The notes under the pieces were generated by a model that ran no database searches, was not told where the DNA came from, and saw only the letters and a list, made by a program, of their open reading frames with translations. From Chloroflexota bacterium (GTDB taxonomy: Bacteria; Chloroflexota; Dehalococcoidia; Lucifugimonadales; JADFKI01), in the NCBI GenBank assembly GCA_027623195.1, contig JAQBUT010000005.1:78233-142232 (forward strand): a stretch of 64,000 bases of DNA. The letters run 5' to 3'. Shown piece after piece: positions 19,772 through 29,719 of the stretch (position 1 is its first letter; every line of letters begins with the position of its first letter). The position numbers and the translations under genes were made by a program.

Positions 19772-19800
19772 ATGTTAGATGAGGTGTTGTGGAGTGTCAA
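19772..19800 (-). promoter_or_regulatory. sigma70-type promoter for SRP RNA
   Basis: TTGACA-17 nt-TAACAT, 7 nt before the RNA 5' end. Confidence 0.75.
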
Positions 19801-19868
19801 CGACGCACTAGTTATTAGTTCTCGGTTTTAAGTTATTAGTTCCAGCCCCCAAAACCATCAACTAATAA

Positions 19869-21692
19869 CTAACGACTAACCTTCAATATGCTAAGGAAGG
19901 CCTCTTGGGGGATTTCGACGCTGCCGACCCGCTTCATGCGCTTCTTGCCCTCGGCCTGCTTTTGCAGCAGCTTGCGCTTGCGGGTGACGTCGCCGCCGTA
20001 ACACTTGGCCAGAACGTCCTTGCGCAGCGCGCGAATGGTCTCGCGTGAGATGATATTACGGCCTATGGCAGCTTGCAAAGGCACCTCGAATAGCTGCCTG
20101 GGTATCAACTCTTTCAGCTTGGCGACAAGCTCGCGGCCCTGGTGGTAGGCGTTGTCTCGGTGCACGATGATTGAAAGGGCGTCCACCAACTCGCCATTGA
20201 CCAGAATATCCACCCTGGACAGTTTGCCAACTTTGTATCCGGAAAGCGAATAGTCCATGGACGCGTAACCTTGAGTCCGGGCCTTTAGCTGGTCGAAGAA
20301 ATCCATCAGCACTTCGGACAGCGGCACGTTGAACTCCATAAGTACCCTGGGCGAGGCCGTTCCGGCGTTGGACTCGTTCTGCAGGTATTCCATTCTTTTG
20401 TGCTCACCGCGACGCGCCCGCACTAGCTCTATGACAGGGCCAATATAATTGGCTGGCGCGATAATGCTCAGGTCCAGCCACGGCTCCTCAATAGCCTCGA
20501 TGTAGGAGGTATCCGGCAGCTTGGCCGGGCTATCTATCTCCTCCATGTGGCCATCGGTGAAAATGACGTTGTAGGCTACGCTAGGCGAGGTTGCCAGAAG
20601 TGTAAGGTCGTATTCGCGCTCGAGCCGCTCTTGAACGATGTCCATGTGGAGCAGCCCCAAGAATCCGCAGCGGAATCCAGAGCCCAGCGCCGTGGAGTTC
20701 TCCGGCTGGTAGGTTAGGGCCGCGTCGTTAAGCTGAAGCTTCTCCAAGGCCACGCGAAGGTCCAGGTACTCCTCACCGTCGGCCGGGTAAAGCCCCGCGA
20801 AAACCATGGGCTTAAGAGGCTGGTAACCCTTCAATGGCACCGTCGCGCCATAGTTGGCCAGCGTGATGGTGTCTCCAACAGGCGCATCACCAACGCTCTT
20901 GAACCCGGTAGCGATGTAGCCGACCTCGCCCGCACTCAACTTTTTGACACTGGTGGGCTTGGGCTTGAAAACGCCCACCTCCAGGACGTCGCTCTGCTTG
21001 CCGCTGGACATGACGCTAACGCGGCTGCCGGACGGCACCTGGCCATCCATAACCCGCACATATGCGATAACGCCCTTGTAAGTGTCGTACTTGGAGTCGA
21101 ATATCATTGCCCTTAGCGGGTCCGCATCCGAACCCTTTGGCGGCGGGACACGCGCCACAATAGCCTCAAGGATGTCCTTTACGCCGACGCCAGACTTACC
21201 AGACGCGAAAACCACCTCGTCGTCCTTAAAACCAAATGCCTGCGTAACTTCGTTGGCCACGCGCTCCGGCTCGGCTACGTCCAGGTCGATCTTGTTGATG
21301 ACCGGGATGATCTCCAGATCGTGCTCCAGCGCCAGGTAGACGTTTGCCAGCGTCTGCGCCTGGATTCCCTGCGTGGCGTCCACAATCAGCAGCGCGCCCT
21401 CGCAGGCGGCCAGACTCCTGGAGACCTCGTAAGAGAAGTCCACGTGGCCGGGAGTGTCGATGAGGTTGAGCTGGTACTCCTGCCCGGATTCGCTTTTGTA
21501 ACTCAGGCGCACGGCCTGGGATTTGATGGTTATGCCGCGCTCACGCTCAAGGTCCATGCTGTCCAGGACCTGTTCGACCATCTCCCGCTCCTCAACGGCG
21601 CCCGTGAATTGCAGCAGGCGATCGGCGAGGGTCGATTTGCCGTGGTCGATGTGCGCGATTATGCAGAAGTTACGAGTGAATTTAGAATCCAT
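19869..21692 (-). CDS. lepA: Elongation factor 4
   Basis: [46 protein letters not shown]. Confidence 0.98.
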   Translation of the reverse strand: MDSKFTRNFCIIAHIDHGKSTLADRLLQFTGAVEEREMVEQVLDSMDLERERGITIKSQAVRLSYKSESGQEYQLNLIDTPGHVDFSYEVSRSLAACEGALLIVDATQGIQAQTLANVYLALEHDLEIIPVINKIDLDVAEPERVANEVTQAFGFKDDEVVFASGKSGVGVKDILEAIVARVPPPKGSDADPLRAMIFDSKYDTYKGVIAYVRVMDGQVPSGSRVSVMSSGKQSDVLEVGVFKPKPTSVKKLSAGEVGYIATGFKSVGDAPVGDTITLANYGATVPLKGYQPLKPMVFAGLYPADGEEYLDLRVALEKLQLNDAALTYQPENSTALGSGFRCGFLGLLHMDIVQERLEREYDLTLLATSPSVAYNVIFTDGHMEEIDSPAKLPDTSYIEAIEEPWLDLSIIAPANYIGPVIELVRARRGEHKRMEYLQNESNAGTASPRVLMEFNVPLSEVLMDFFDQLKARTQGYASMDYSLSGYKVGKLSRVDILVNGELVDALSIIVHRDNAYHQGRELVAKLKELIPRQLFEVPLQAAIGRNIISRETIRALRKDVLAKCYGGDVTRKRKLLQKQAEGKKRMKRVGSVEIPQEAFLSILKVSR

Positions 21693-21900
21693 GTAACCAT
21701 GGTAACACCGGTAGGCAGAGGTGGTCTATGACATTTTAGATAAGGACTTTACATCCCAACGCCCCTTGATCGTTTTAGGATTCCACCAGAGGCAAAGCCG
21801 CACTTATTTGATACGATGAAACAATGGGCGATTTCCTTCCGTTTGTTACGACGGCATTGTGGTCCTCGCATCCGCCAATCAAGCACCAAAGGAGCCTTCG

Positions 21901-23205
21901 ATGAAATCCGCTTTCGCAGCAGCCGCACTGTTATTTTTAGCACTGGCTTGCGGCGTTCCGCAGGAGCAGTTCGACGCCGTGGCGAGCGATTTGCAGACAA
22001 CGAAGGCCGACCTGGTTTCCGCACAAGAGCGAATTTCGGAGCTTCAGAATGCATCAACGGTGACCACCAGCGTGGTTCTGGCGTTGGAGCGGGATGTTGC
22101 CGAACTGCAAATCGAATTGGGGAAGAGCGATTCCTTCCTCAGCGAGGCGAACGCCGATCTTGAAAACGTCTCCGACGAGTTAGCCCGGAAGGAGTTGACG
22201 ATAGCGACCCTGTCCAGCGACTTGGAAACCCGAGGCGACGTTATCGAAGGTCTCCAGCAAGAGGTAGCCGACCTCCAAGACGTAGCAACAAAGAGCGCAA
22301 TCGCCATCTTGGCCCTGAACGAAACCCTCGCCAATAAGGAGGCAGCCTTCCAGGACAGCCTGCAGGAGGCGGTGGACCTGGGCGTTGAATTGACGCTGGC
22401 GAATGCGAAGAATGCGGACCTCCAGAGGCAGATCGTGGCGCTGCAGGCCAAAGTTGACGATGGCTCGTCGGAGGCCATTCAGGCGGATATCAAGGAACTC
22501 AAAAGCCAACGAGACGCCCTTGCTGCCAAGGTAAGCCTGCTGGCCACGCTGGTGGAGCAATACACCTCAGACCCCGACGTGGAGACCACTTCCTCAGGGC
22601 TTGCCTGCACCGGAAGCATGCTGCCCCTGCTGCACTGCGGCGACATAGTGATAATGCAGACCAACCTGAAGCACCGCGACATCCAGGAAGGCGACATCAT
22701 CAGCTTCAGGCGCCGGGACTGCACCACGGGGCGCTCCGTGACGGACAGCATCACGCTGCACCGCGTTGTGGATATAGACGCCGGGTGGTTCGTGACCCGG
22801 GGTGACAACAACTACACCGTGGATAGCTGCCGATTGCCGCTTATCAACGTCACGGGCAAGCTGCTCTCCTACATTGAAGACATCTACCCCGAGCATTACA
22901 TGGAGACCGCCAGCTACGAGGCCATCAAGACCCAGTACAACGACATGCAAGGGCGGTTCGACAGGGACCTGGCGGCGTTCCAAGAGCAGCAGGACCTCCT
23001 AGACGATGCCGAAAACGACTACAAAGATGGCTATATCAGCTATTCCCGGTACGTCCAAATTTGGGAGGACACTGAGGACGACCGCCTGGCCCTGTTAGAG
23101 ATGATAGGCGAACTGAACGATGTAGAGGATACTTTCTTCGCCCTGCAGGACTTGATTATCGAGGGCAACTACAATGACGCTGACTGGTCGCAACTGGTTA
23201 ACTAG
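21901..23205 (+). CDS. Lipoprotein with long coiled coil and S26B (SipW/Sec11-like) peptidase domain
   Basis: Lipobox LALA-C; heptad-rich ~200 aa; TGSMLP, GDIISF, LHRVV, TRGDNN; helical acidic C-terminus. Confidence 0.75.
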   Translation: MKSAFAAAALLFLALACGVPQEQFDAVASDLQTTKADLVSAQERISELQNASTVTTSVVLALERDVAELQIELGKSDSFLSEANADLENVSDELARKELTIATLSSDLETRGDVIEGLQQEVADLQDVATKSAIAILALNETLANKEAAFQDSLQEAVDLGVELTLANAKNADLQRQIVALQAKVDDGSSEAIQADIKELKSQRDALAAKVSLLATLVEQYTSDPDVETTSSGLACTGSMLPLLHCGDIVIMQTNLKHRDIQEGDIISFRRRDCTTGRSVTDSITLHRVVDIDAGWFVTRGDNNYTVDSCRLPLINVTGKLLSYIEDIYPEHYMETASYEAIKTQYNDMQGRFDRDLAAFQEQQDLLDDAENDYKDGYISYSRYVQIWEDTEDDRLALLEMIGELNDVEDTFFALQDLIIEGNYNDADWSQLVN

Positions 23206-24395
23206 CGCGCCTCTGAATTTGGAGGCACCACGTCATGCGCGTCCACGCCATTGGTGCGTCTGCTGTCCCGGTCGTCCATATTGCGCACCGGCAGGTAGCC
23301 ATCTTCCGTGGGCAATACCAACTTGCGCACCGGGTAGTTGATTTCGATACCTTCTGCTTTGAACCTTTCATGCAAGCTTTTGATAATTTCGCTTCGTATC
23401 CTGAAACTGCCAAACCTGTCCGTTGCCTGCACGATGACTCGGAAGTTGATGTTGGAGTCGGCGAATTCCCTGAACAGCACTATAGGCACGAAGGTCTTCA
23501 CCGCGAACTCGGAGTGGTCCACAACCTCCTGAGCGACCTCCAGGGCAACGTACTCCACGTACTTGAGGTCCGAATCATAACTAACGCCGTTTTCCACCAA
23601 TGTCGTGACGATGGGCGTGGGTGTAGTGTAGTTCGTGACGATGCTATCGGTAATCTTGCTGTTGGGTATGATGACGATATTGTTGGTGAAACTGCGTATA
23701 ACGGTGCTTCGCCAGCCAACGCTCATCACCCAACCAGATGTCTGGCCCTCGATCTCGATAAAGTCGCCCTCTTTTATCTGGCCCTCGGTAACTATGTACG
23801 TGCCGGCTATGAAGCTGGATATGGTCGGCGTGAGGGCAAGCGCTACGGCCAGTCCACCAATGCCAAGACCAGCCAGCAACGGGCTTATAGGAATACCGAT
23901 GATGTCCAGGGCGACCAGCGCACCCACCGAATAGACAATTATGGGCAAGAGACGGTCTATAGTAGGGCCGAGCTTCGTATCCAGCACTGTACGGGCGTCC
24001 TGGCTGGACTTATGAACGTACCAGCGAAGCAGGGCCTGCAATACATGGGATACCACGTAGCCCACCTGTATTACAATGGCCACCAGCCAGACTTTGCGTG
24101 CCCAGTCGCTGCTAGCGCGCACCGCGTCGAATAACGGATTGCCGACCTGCGTGAGGGAAAGGAATCCAAGGAAAAAGCCTGCCAAGATCAGCGTCAGGAC
24201 TAGGGGGCCCTGGATGGCCTCGAATATCTCAAGTTCTAGAGATTCCTGCCCTACCTCATGCCTGGCCTTTCGTAGCTTCAGCAACATCCGCAGGGCGATG
24301 TTGGCAAGGGCCGCAAGCAACAGAAATAGCGCCAAGATACCCAGGGCGAATACTGGTCCAAGTACAAGCGATTGAGCTACGGCGTCAGGCAGCAT
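23202..24395 (-). CDS. MscS-family mechanosensitive channel
   Basis: LAGLGIGGLAVALAL, EGDFIEI, GWRST, VIIPNS, GIEINYP. Confidence 0.9.
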   Translation of the reverse strand: MLPDAVAQSLVLGPVFALGILALFLLLAALANIALRMLLKLRKARHEVGQESLELEIFEAIQGPLVLTLILAGFFLGFLSLTQVGNPLFDAVRASSDWARKVWLVAIVIQVGYVVSHVLQALLRWYVHKSSQDARTVLDTKLGPTIDRLLPIIVYSVGALVALDIIGIPISPLLAGLGIGGLAVALALTPTISSFIAGTYIVTEGQIKEGDFIEIEGQTSGWVMSVGWRSTVIRSFTNNIVIIPNSKITDSIVTNYTTPTPIVTTLVENGVSYDSDLKYVEYVALEVAQEVVDHSEFAVKTFVPIVLFREFADSNINFRVIVQATDRFGSFRIRSEIIKSLHERFKAEGIEINYPVRKLVLPTEDGYLPVRNMDDRDSRRTNGVDAHDVVPPNSEAR

Positions 24396-24507
24396 GTCAG
24401 GACTCCTCTAGACATAACGACGCCTAATTCTAACAATTCAGGAGGTTTGACACCAGTTGCGCGCCTGTGAGCAGGGTTTGGGGTGAGATAAAGGAAGTGA
24501 AAACACG

Positions 24508-24547
24508 AAAAAACGAACGGGCCAACTAAGAAAGCCGGCCCGCTCGT
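24508..24547 (-). terminator. Intrinsic terminator after the acidic secreted protein gene
   Basis: CGAACGGGCC...GGCCCGCTCG hairpin with an A-run on + (U-run on -). Confidence 0.6.
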
Positions 24548-24585
24548 CGATATGGAAGTGAAAGGAAATATCTTGTTATGTGCTA

Positions 24586-26049
24586 CTAATCGTCATCCTC
24601 GCCATCGTCATCTTCCTTCTCATCGTCTTCAGGCAGCCCCCCGCCTATAGCGTCAATGACATCCTGGTCTATATCGTCAGGACTGAAAGTGCCAATGCTA
24701 ATCAGGTCAACCAGACCTTCCGCCGGCTCTTCCCGCACCATGCCAACATTCGGGCAATAGTACTTATTTTCCACCGAGCCGCCTATCGGATCAGAGTCCT
24801 CGGTCTTGATGCATCCGCTCCAGGAACCAGCTTCAGTGGTCACGCTCAGTCCCGCCGCGACGATGCTGGAACGGTCCTCAGCTATTCCAGGCGCCCGCTC
24901 CTGCTCGAACTCGTCCCCAATTTGAGGGTTCGCAGGCATGAACACCCCAGGCAGATTGTCGCCATCGCCCGCCAGCCACTGACCGCCGTGATCTGTCATG
25001 ACGCCCTCGTCGAAGTTGTCCACCAACTCGCCCATGTAGTAGACCACGCCGTCCTCATCCTGCGCGTAAAAGTCCAGTGTCCGCTCGACCAGTTCACCGT
25101 CCTCGTATTCCTCTACCAGGGCAACGCGAACGTCTACATCCGCGACTTCCATGGTCTGCCCCAGAACGCGAGTCTCGACTCGTATCTCCAGGATTTCGCC
25201 TTCGTCTTCCTCCTCGCCCTCTTGCACAGATAGGGTAAAGGGGACCAGAGGGAAGAACGAATTGTCGACGTTTGCATCTAGCTCATCCAAGACGATGCCG
25301 CCCAACTCTTCCAGGTCGTCTTCCTCATCTTCGGCCTTGGCTGTGCCTTGCGACTTGCCCGATGATGCGCCTACGACAATTTTCTTGGCCAGGAACCTTC
25401 CTTGGGATATCTGGAAGGTTATCTGCGCACTGTCCCCCACCTGAGGGTCGCCCACGATGATCGTGTCGTCGCCAATATTGAAGCCGAAGCCGTTGCTTAG
25501 CCTTATGTTGGTAGCGGAAATGGCTGCGACCGATCCGCTAAAAGTGGGGCCAGCTACTTCTACGTCGGCCCCGTCATCGTCGACTTTGTCATCGTCAACG
25601 CCGTCAGCGTTCGCGTCGTCATGTGCCTCCACCGCGTTGTCCTCGTCCTCATCGTATGCTTCGATTTCCACGGCCAGGAGAACAGCTTCAACCTCTACGC
25701 GGTCGCCGATTTCAATCCCCGCGTCAATCTCGGTGTCGTCGTCGAAAACGAAGGTGGTCCCGTTATCCAGCACCAGACGCCCGTTGCCTATCGAGATGAC
25801 TACGCCCTCATAATCCTTCCCATCCTCGTCATCGTCATCATCTGAATCCGAGTCGTCATCCTCGTCGTCAACGCGGATCTGCGAGGAGAGGAGAGCCTTC
25901 TGGAGATCAAACTCACGCCAGTTACCTGGACTAAAAATTGCTTCGCCACTTTTGGCCGGCGCCCGAATTCCGAATACTGTGCTGCCCATCAAAAACAGCG
26001 ATGCAATTGCCATCATTAGAACGACTGCGAAAATGTTCTTCTTACCCAT
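24586..26049 (-). CDS. Very acidic secreted protein with two DUF5666-like beta domains
   Basis: Signal peptide; D/E-rich linkers; repeated G-x-V/I...F...DDT-x-I...GD-x-V/A...LA-x-x-I pattern. The DUF5666 label is from recall, not a search. Confidence 0.75.
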   Translation of the reverse strand: MGKKNIFAVVLMMAIASLFLMGSTVFGIRAPAKSGEAIFSPGNWREFDLQKALLSSQIRVDDEDDDSDSDDDDDEDGKDYEGVVISIGNGRLVLDNGTTFVFDDDTEIDAGIEIGDRVEVEAVLLAVEIEAYDEDEDNAVEAHDDANADGVDDDKVDDDGADVEVAGPTFSGSVAAISATNIRLSNGFGFNIGDDTIIVGDPQVGDSAQITFQISQGRFLAKKIVVGASSGKSQGTAKAEDEEDDLEELGGIVLDELDANVDNSFFPLVPFTLSVQEGEEEDEGEILEIRVETRVLGQTMEVADVDVRVALVEEYEDGELVERTLDFYAQDEDGVVYYMGELVDNFDEGVMTDHGGQWLAGDGDNLPGVFMPANPQIGDEFEQERAPGIAEDRSSIVAAGLSVTTEAGSWSGCIKTEDSDPIGGSVENKYYCPNVGMVREEPAEGLVDLISIGTFSPDDIDQDVIDAIGGGLPEDDEKEDDDGEDDD

Positions 26050-26122
26050 AAATACCCTCTCTCAATGTCCTTGCGAATACGGTCAATCCCATATTCGGTC
26101 GACCGTCTACTTTATTGGCTTC

Positions 26123-26171
26123 AGGTTACAGCACCTAAATGAGAAAGCCATGAAAGAAATATGAGAAAGCT
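26123..26171 (-). promoter_or_regulatory. Putative OmpR/PhoB-type tandem box plus -10 element
   Basis: ATGAGAAAGCC/ATGAAAGAAAT/ATGAGAAAGCT at 26139, 26150 and 26161 (11-bp period), 10 nt from TAACCT on the - strand. Confidence 0.65.
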
Positions 26172-26187
26172 CTTAACGGCTGTGCGT

Positions 26188-27792
26188 CTATGAGGTTCCC
26201 TTCGGCAATGTTACGGTCACGGTGGTGCCCACCCCTACGTTGCTCTGAGCGTCGATAGAACCGCCATGACGCTGCGCTATCTCGCTGGCTATGGCTAAAC
26301 CCAGCCCGGTCCCGCCCTCTTCACGCGAGCGGGCCTTGTCCACCCTGTAGAAGCGTTCAAGAATGTGGGCGAGGTGCTCCGAAGATATACCCGGACCTTC
26401 GTCTGTAACGGACACGTCTACCTTGCCGTCACGCTGTTCAGCGTGTACGGAGACCACTGCGCCGGGAGGTGAGAACTTTACGGCATTATCCATAATATTA
26501 AGGAACAGACGTATCAGGTGATCAGGGTCGCCTGTGATTCTCATTTCAGAAGGTATGTCTTCCACAAGGGTTACGGATTTCGACTCAGCCAGAGGGCCAA
26601 GTTGGTCGTTTATGGATGCCAAGAGATGCTTGAGACTAATCTCGGTGGGTTGCCAGGAGAGGTGCCCCTGCTCCAGGCGAGCCAGGTAAAGCAGTTCATT
26701 GCTCACCCGAATTAAGCGGTCCACCTCACCGTTCATGTCTTGCATGGTTCGGCGATACTCATCAGGCGTACGATGGCTACCTAGCGTTACGTCGAGCTTG
26801 CCCTTTAACGCAGTGAGGGGTGTACGCAATTCGTGGGAGGCATCGGCAATGAAACGTTTTTCGCGCTCAAATGCAGATTCCAACCTGTCCAACATCGAAT
26901 CAAAGGTTGTCGCCAAGCGGCCCACTTCGTCTTCGGGGCCTTTGAAATCGATGCGGCGGTTCATGGCGCTGCCGGTTATAGACTGGGCAATGCGTGTTAT
27001 CCGACCGATTGGCCTGAGGCCACGGTCCGCAAGGAAAAAGCCGCCCAGCCCTGCCAGCCCAATGGCCAGAGGCACGGCCAAATATAGCTGAGTCCGCAGG
27101 CTTTCCAGGGCGTCGTCGATACCCTCCATTGAGGCTGCCGTTTGCAGCCATCCCAATGTTCCGCCCTGTTCCGAGGTGAGAGGAAGATTGTGAACACGCC
27201 AATGTCCTGAGTTCGCCGTTGCGAGATCTAGAAAGCCCTGAACATCTGGGATAGGGAAATCGACAGCCCAATAATCGCCCATGCCATGGTGAATAAAGCC
27301 GTTGCCGTCAACTATCCGAAATATAAATTCATCTGTGTCCAGCAAATCATCTGAAACCAGATCAGTGTCTATGTCTTGTTCCCATTCTTTCTTGGCTGCG
27401 CTGATTTCGTGGGCCGCAAGTCCAAACTCCGTTTCAAGGGCGTCGATTTCGACGTACTGACCCTCAGCCAGGACAACGCTTACCTCAGTTCGAGGGCCGA
27501 TCACGATGGAGGTGCCATCACCCAGTACCAACCCATTGGGTGAAATACTGGCTATCTCACCTGAAATTTCCAGAAGCTGATCTCCAAAAACCATGCGTCC
27601 TGTACTGGTCTCCATGTCGGAAAAGGCTTGCGCGCTGGCTATTTCTATAGAGGAATCTAGCTGAGACCTAAGGTTGTCTTCCAGCCGGATATGAAGGTAT
27701 ACGCTGAACACAGCCAGCGTGGCCGCCACCAGCACTACGTACCATACGGTGATACGCGTTCGGAGACTCCAGGACATCCAGGGGATTGGCAT
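26188..27792 (-). CDS. Sensor histidine kinase (TM-sensor-TM-HAMP-HisKA-HATPase), heavy-metal-sensor-like
   Basis: ADASHELRTPL, NIMDNAVKF, DEGPGI, GGTGLGL; HAMP DEVGRLATTFDSML. Confidence 0.92.
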   Translation of the reverse strand: MPIPWMSWSLRTRITVWYVVLVAATLAVFSVYLHIRLEDNLRSQLDSSIEIASAQAFSDMETSTGRMVFGDQLLEISGEIASISPNGLVLGDGTSIVIGPRTEVSVVLAEGQYVEIDALETEFGLAAHEISAAKKEWEQDIDTDLVSDDLLDTDEFIFRIVDGNGFIHHGMGDYWAVDFPIPDVQGFLDLATANSGHWRVHNLPLTSEQGGTLGWLQTAASMEGIDDALESLRTQLYLAVPLAIGLAGLGGFFLADRGLRPIGRITRIAQSITGSAMNRRIDFKGPEDEVGRLATTFDSMLDRLESAFEREKRFIADASHELRTPLTALKGKLDVTLGSHRTPDEYRRTMQDMNGEVDRLIRVSNELLYLARLEQGHLSWQPTEISLKHLLASINDQLGPLAESKSVTLVEDIPSEMRITGDPDHLIRLFLNIMDNAVKFSPPGAVVSVHAEQRDGKVDVSVTDEGPGISSEHLAHILERFYRVDKARSREEGGTGLGLAIASEIAQRHGGSIDAQSNVGVGTTVTVTLPKGTS

Positions 27793-27803
27793 CCGATAAC
27801 CTC

Positions 27804-28475
27804 TCACTTACCGCCCATGCGGTAACCAACGCCCCGTACGGTTTGAATAAGTCCACTGCCATCCCCACCGGCAATCTTCCGGCGGATATAACCGATATAG
27901 ACATCCACAACATTGGACCCGCCGTAGTAGTCGAAATTCCAGATGTGCTCAGCGATCTGAGTTCTCGTGAGTACCTGACCAGGGTGGCGCATAAGGTACT
28001 CGAGCAAAGAGAACTCCCGTGGACTTAGCTCGACAGCCGAGCCGCCTCGTGTGACCTCGCGCCGGGCGGCGTCAAGCTCCAAATCACCTAACTGGAGCAG
28101 CGTATCCATCTGCAGCGGCGGACGACGTAGTAGGGCGCGCATGCGTGCCAGCAACTCTGGAAAGGCAAAAGGCTTAACGAGGTAGTCGTCCGCCCCAACG
28201 TCCAGACCCCGCACCCGGTCATCCAGGCTGTCGCGGGCCGTCAGCATTAGCACGGGCGTCGTGTCGTCCTGGTCTCGAAGCTTGCGTAGCAGCGTCAGCC
28301 CGTCCATACGAGGCAGCATAATATCCAGGACCATGGCGTCGTACTCGGATACGGAGGCGAAGGCCAGGCCCTCTTCTCCATCTTGAGCAACATCCACGGC
28401 GTATCCCGCCTCGGTCAGGCCCTGCCTAAGAAAGCTTGATATGCCCGGCTCGTCTTCCACAACCAGGATTTTCAT
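27804..28475 (-). CDS. OmpR-family response regulator (CusR/CzcR-like)
   Basis: ILVVEDE, LDIMLP, GADDYLVKPF, SNVVDVYI, TVRGVGY. Confidence 0.93.
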   Translation of the reverse strand: MKILVVEDEPGISSFLRQGLTEAGYAVDVAQDGEEGLAFASVSEYDAMVLDIMLPRMDGLTLLRKLRDQDDTTPVLMLTARDSLDDRVRGLDVGADDYLVKPFAFPELLARMRALLRRPPLQMDTLLQLGDLELDAARREVTRGGSAVELSPREFSLLEYLMRHPGQVLTRTQIAEHIWNFDYYGGSNVVDVYIGYIRRKIAGGDGSGLIQTVRGVGYRMGGK

Positions 28476-28506
28476 CTCGCAATACCTCGCTCCGCGCCTA
28501 TACCTC

Positions 28507-28544
28507 ATTTTAGCGTAGAGATATAAGAAAACGATGAGAGTATT
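28507..28544 (-). promoter_or_regulatory. Second copy of the tandem box at the regulator's own promoter
   Basis: ATAAGAAAACG/ATGAGAGTATT at 28523 and 28534, again 10 nt from a -10 (TAAAAT on - strand, 28507-28512). Confidence 0.55.
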
Positions 28545-28652
28545 TTGGATTTCCTTGGACTTCCAGGGAGAGGGATTCTGGGGTAAGGGGGGTATATTGT
28601 CGTCTGCGGGCTAGACGGTCACTGCGAGCGTTAGGTTCGGCTAATGCGAGGG

Positions 28653-29234
28653 TTAACTTTCGGGAGGACCTGCCTTGCCTCTACCTAAGTAAACCTGGGA
28701 AACAAGGTCGCCGACACTCCAGACCAGGCCCCACAGGATGAGAAACACCATCAGAGCTACCCACACTTTGGTAATCAACTGGAAAGCCACGTCCCGGGAT
28801 TCCCAATTAACGTCCGAAACCAGCATGAGCAGCACCAGGAAGCCCATGCAAAAGCCCAGCCAGAGACCGGTTTTCCCCGCCTTGCTTTGCCTCAATGTGC
28901 GTATGTTCAGCAATCCGATGGTGCCATGCGACTGCTGTGCCTCAGTGGGATAGGCCGCCTCCGCCCGAGCGGCAGCCTGCTCCGCGAAATGCGGGTCATG
29001 CCTCGCGCTGGTCACAGAGCTCATGCCTGTAACGCGAGCGCCGTCGTACTCCCTGCGGCGCATCGGGTCGCCAAGAATTTCGTAGGCGCCGTTCAGACGC
29101 CCCATGGCTTTTGCAGCGTCGGGGGATGGATTCAGATCTGGATGGTACTTTTGCGCCAGAACGCGGTAAGCCGCCCGAACGACACCGGGGTCGGCCTTGG
29201 GGTCAACTTGCAGAATCCTGTATAAATCTTCCAT
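28653..29234 (-). CDS. J-domain protein with two C-terminal TM helices
   Basis: LYRILQV...AYRVLAQKYHPD...AYEILGDP..RREYD. Confidence 0.85.
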   Translation of the reverse strand: MEDLYRILQVDPKADPGVVRAAYRVLAQKYHPDLNPSPDAAKAMGRLNGAYEILGDPMRRREYDGARVTGMSSVTSARHDPHFAEQAAARAEAAYPTEAQQSHGTIGLLNIRTLRQSKAGKTGLWLGFCMGFLVLLMLVSDVNWESRDVAFQLITKVWVALMVFLILWGLVWSVGDLVSQVYLGRGKAGPPES

Positions 29235-29461
29235 TTTTTGGATATCCGGCAAAGGTCCGTCGGGGAAATAGACTGTAGATTGAGCTAACTACTCTTTTGC
29301 AGCGTAAATGGGGAATGCTTTTAGGCGTAAGGGTGCAGCCATTCACGTAGCTAAGGGTTTACACGCCTGTGGTAATTCCTCGATAGGTTTGCCAAACGAC
29401 TCAAGTGAACCGAAGCGCGGTGTCAACGAGGTGAGCGGAGACGCCAAATTATTTCAGAAAG

Positions 29462-29543
29462 TGGGGAAGGAGGGACTCGAACCCACACGCCCGAAGGCAC
29501 ATGATCCTAAATCATGCTCGTCTGCCAATTCCGACACTTCCCC
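29462..29543 (-). tRNA. tRNA-Leu(TAG), CCA not encoded
   Basis: GGGGAAG acceptor, D-loop GGAATTGGCAGAC, CATGA-TTTAGGA-TCATG anticodon arm, variable arm GCCTTCGGGC, GGTTCGAGTCC. Confidence 0.95.
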
Positions 29544-29719
29544 ACGTTTGCGGCCAATGTGGCCTGCCTTGTGGCATCGGCGCTGAATAATTATATCGTT
29601 CCCCGTCGCGAGATGTCGATGTGATGTTGTACATTGACCGCAATATTCGGATAGATTGCCGGCGCGCCTTACGCTATGCTGACCATAATTGCCAAGAACA
29701 GTAGAAGTGAAGGAGCCGC

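Noticed and set aside
19484..19800. Three short ORFs in the track
   Set aside because: They overlap the SRP RNA gene and its promoter.
23235..25233. Long plus-strand ORFs (299 aa and 217 aa)
   Set aside because: Antisense shadows of mscS and the acidic protein gene.
24400..29460. Island integrated at tRNA-Leu carrying the two-component locus
   Set aside because: I found no integrase and no duplicate of the tRNA 3' end.
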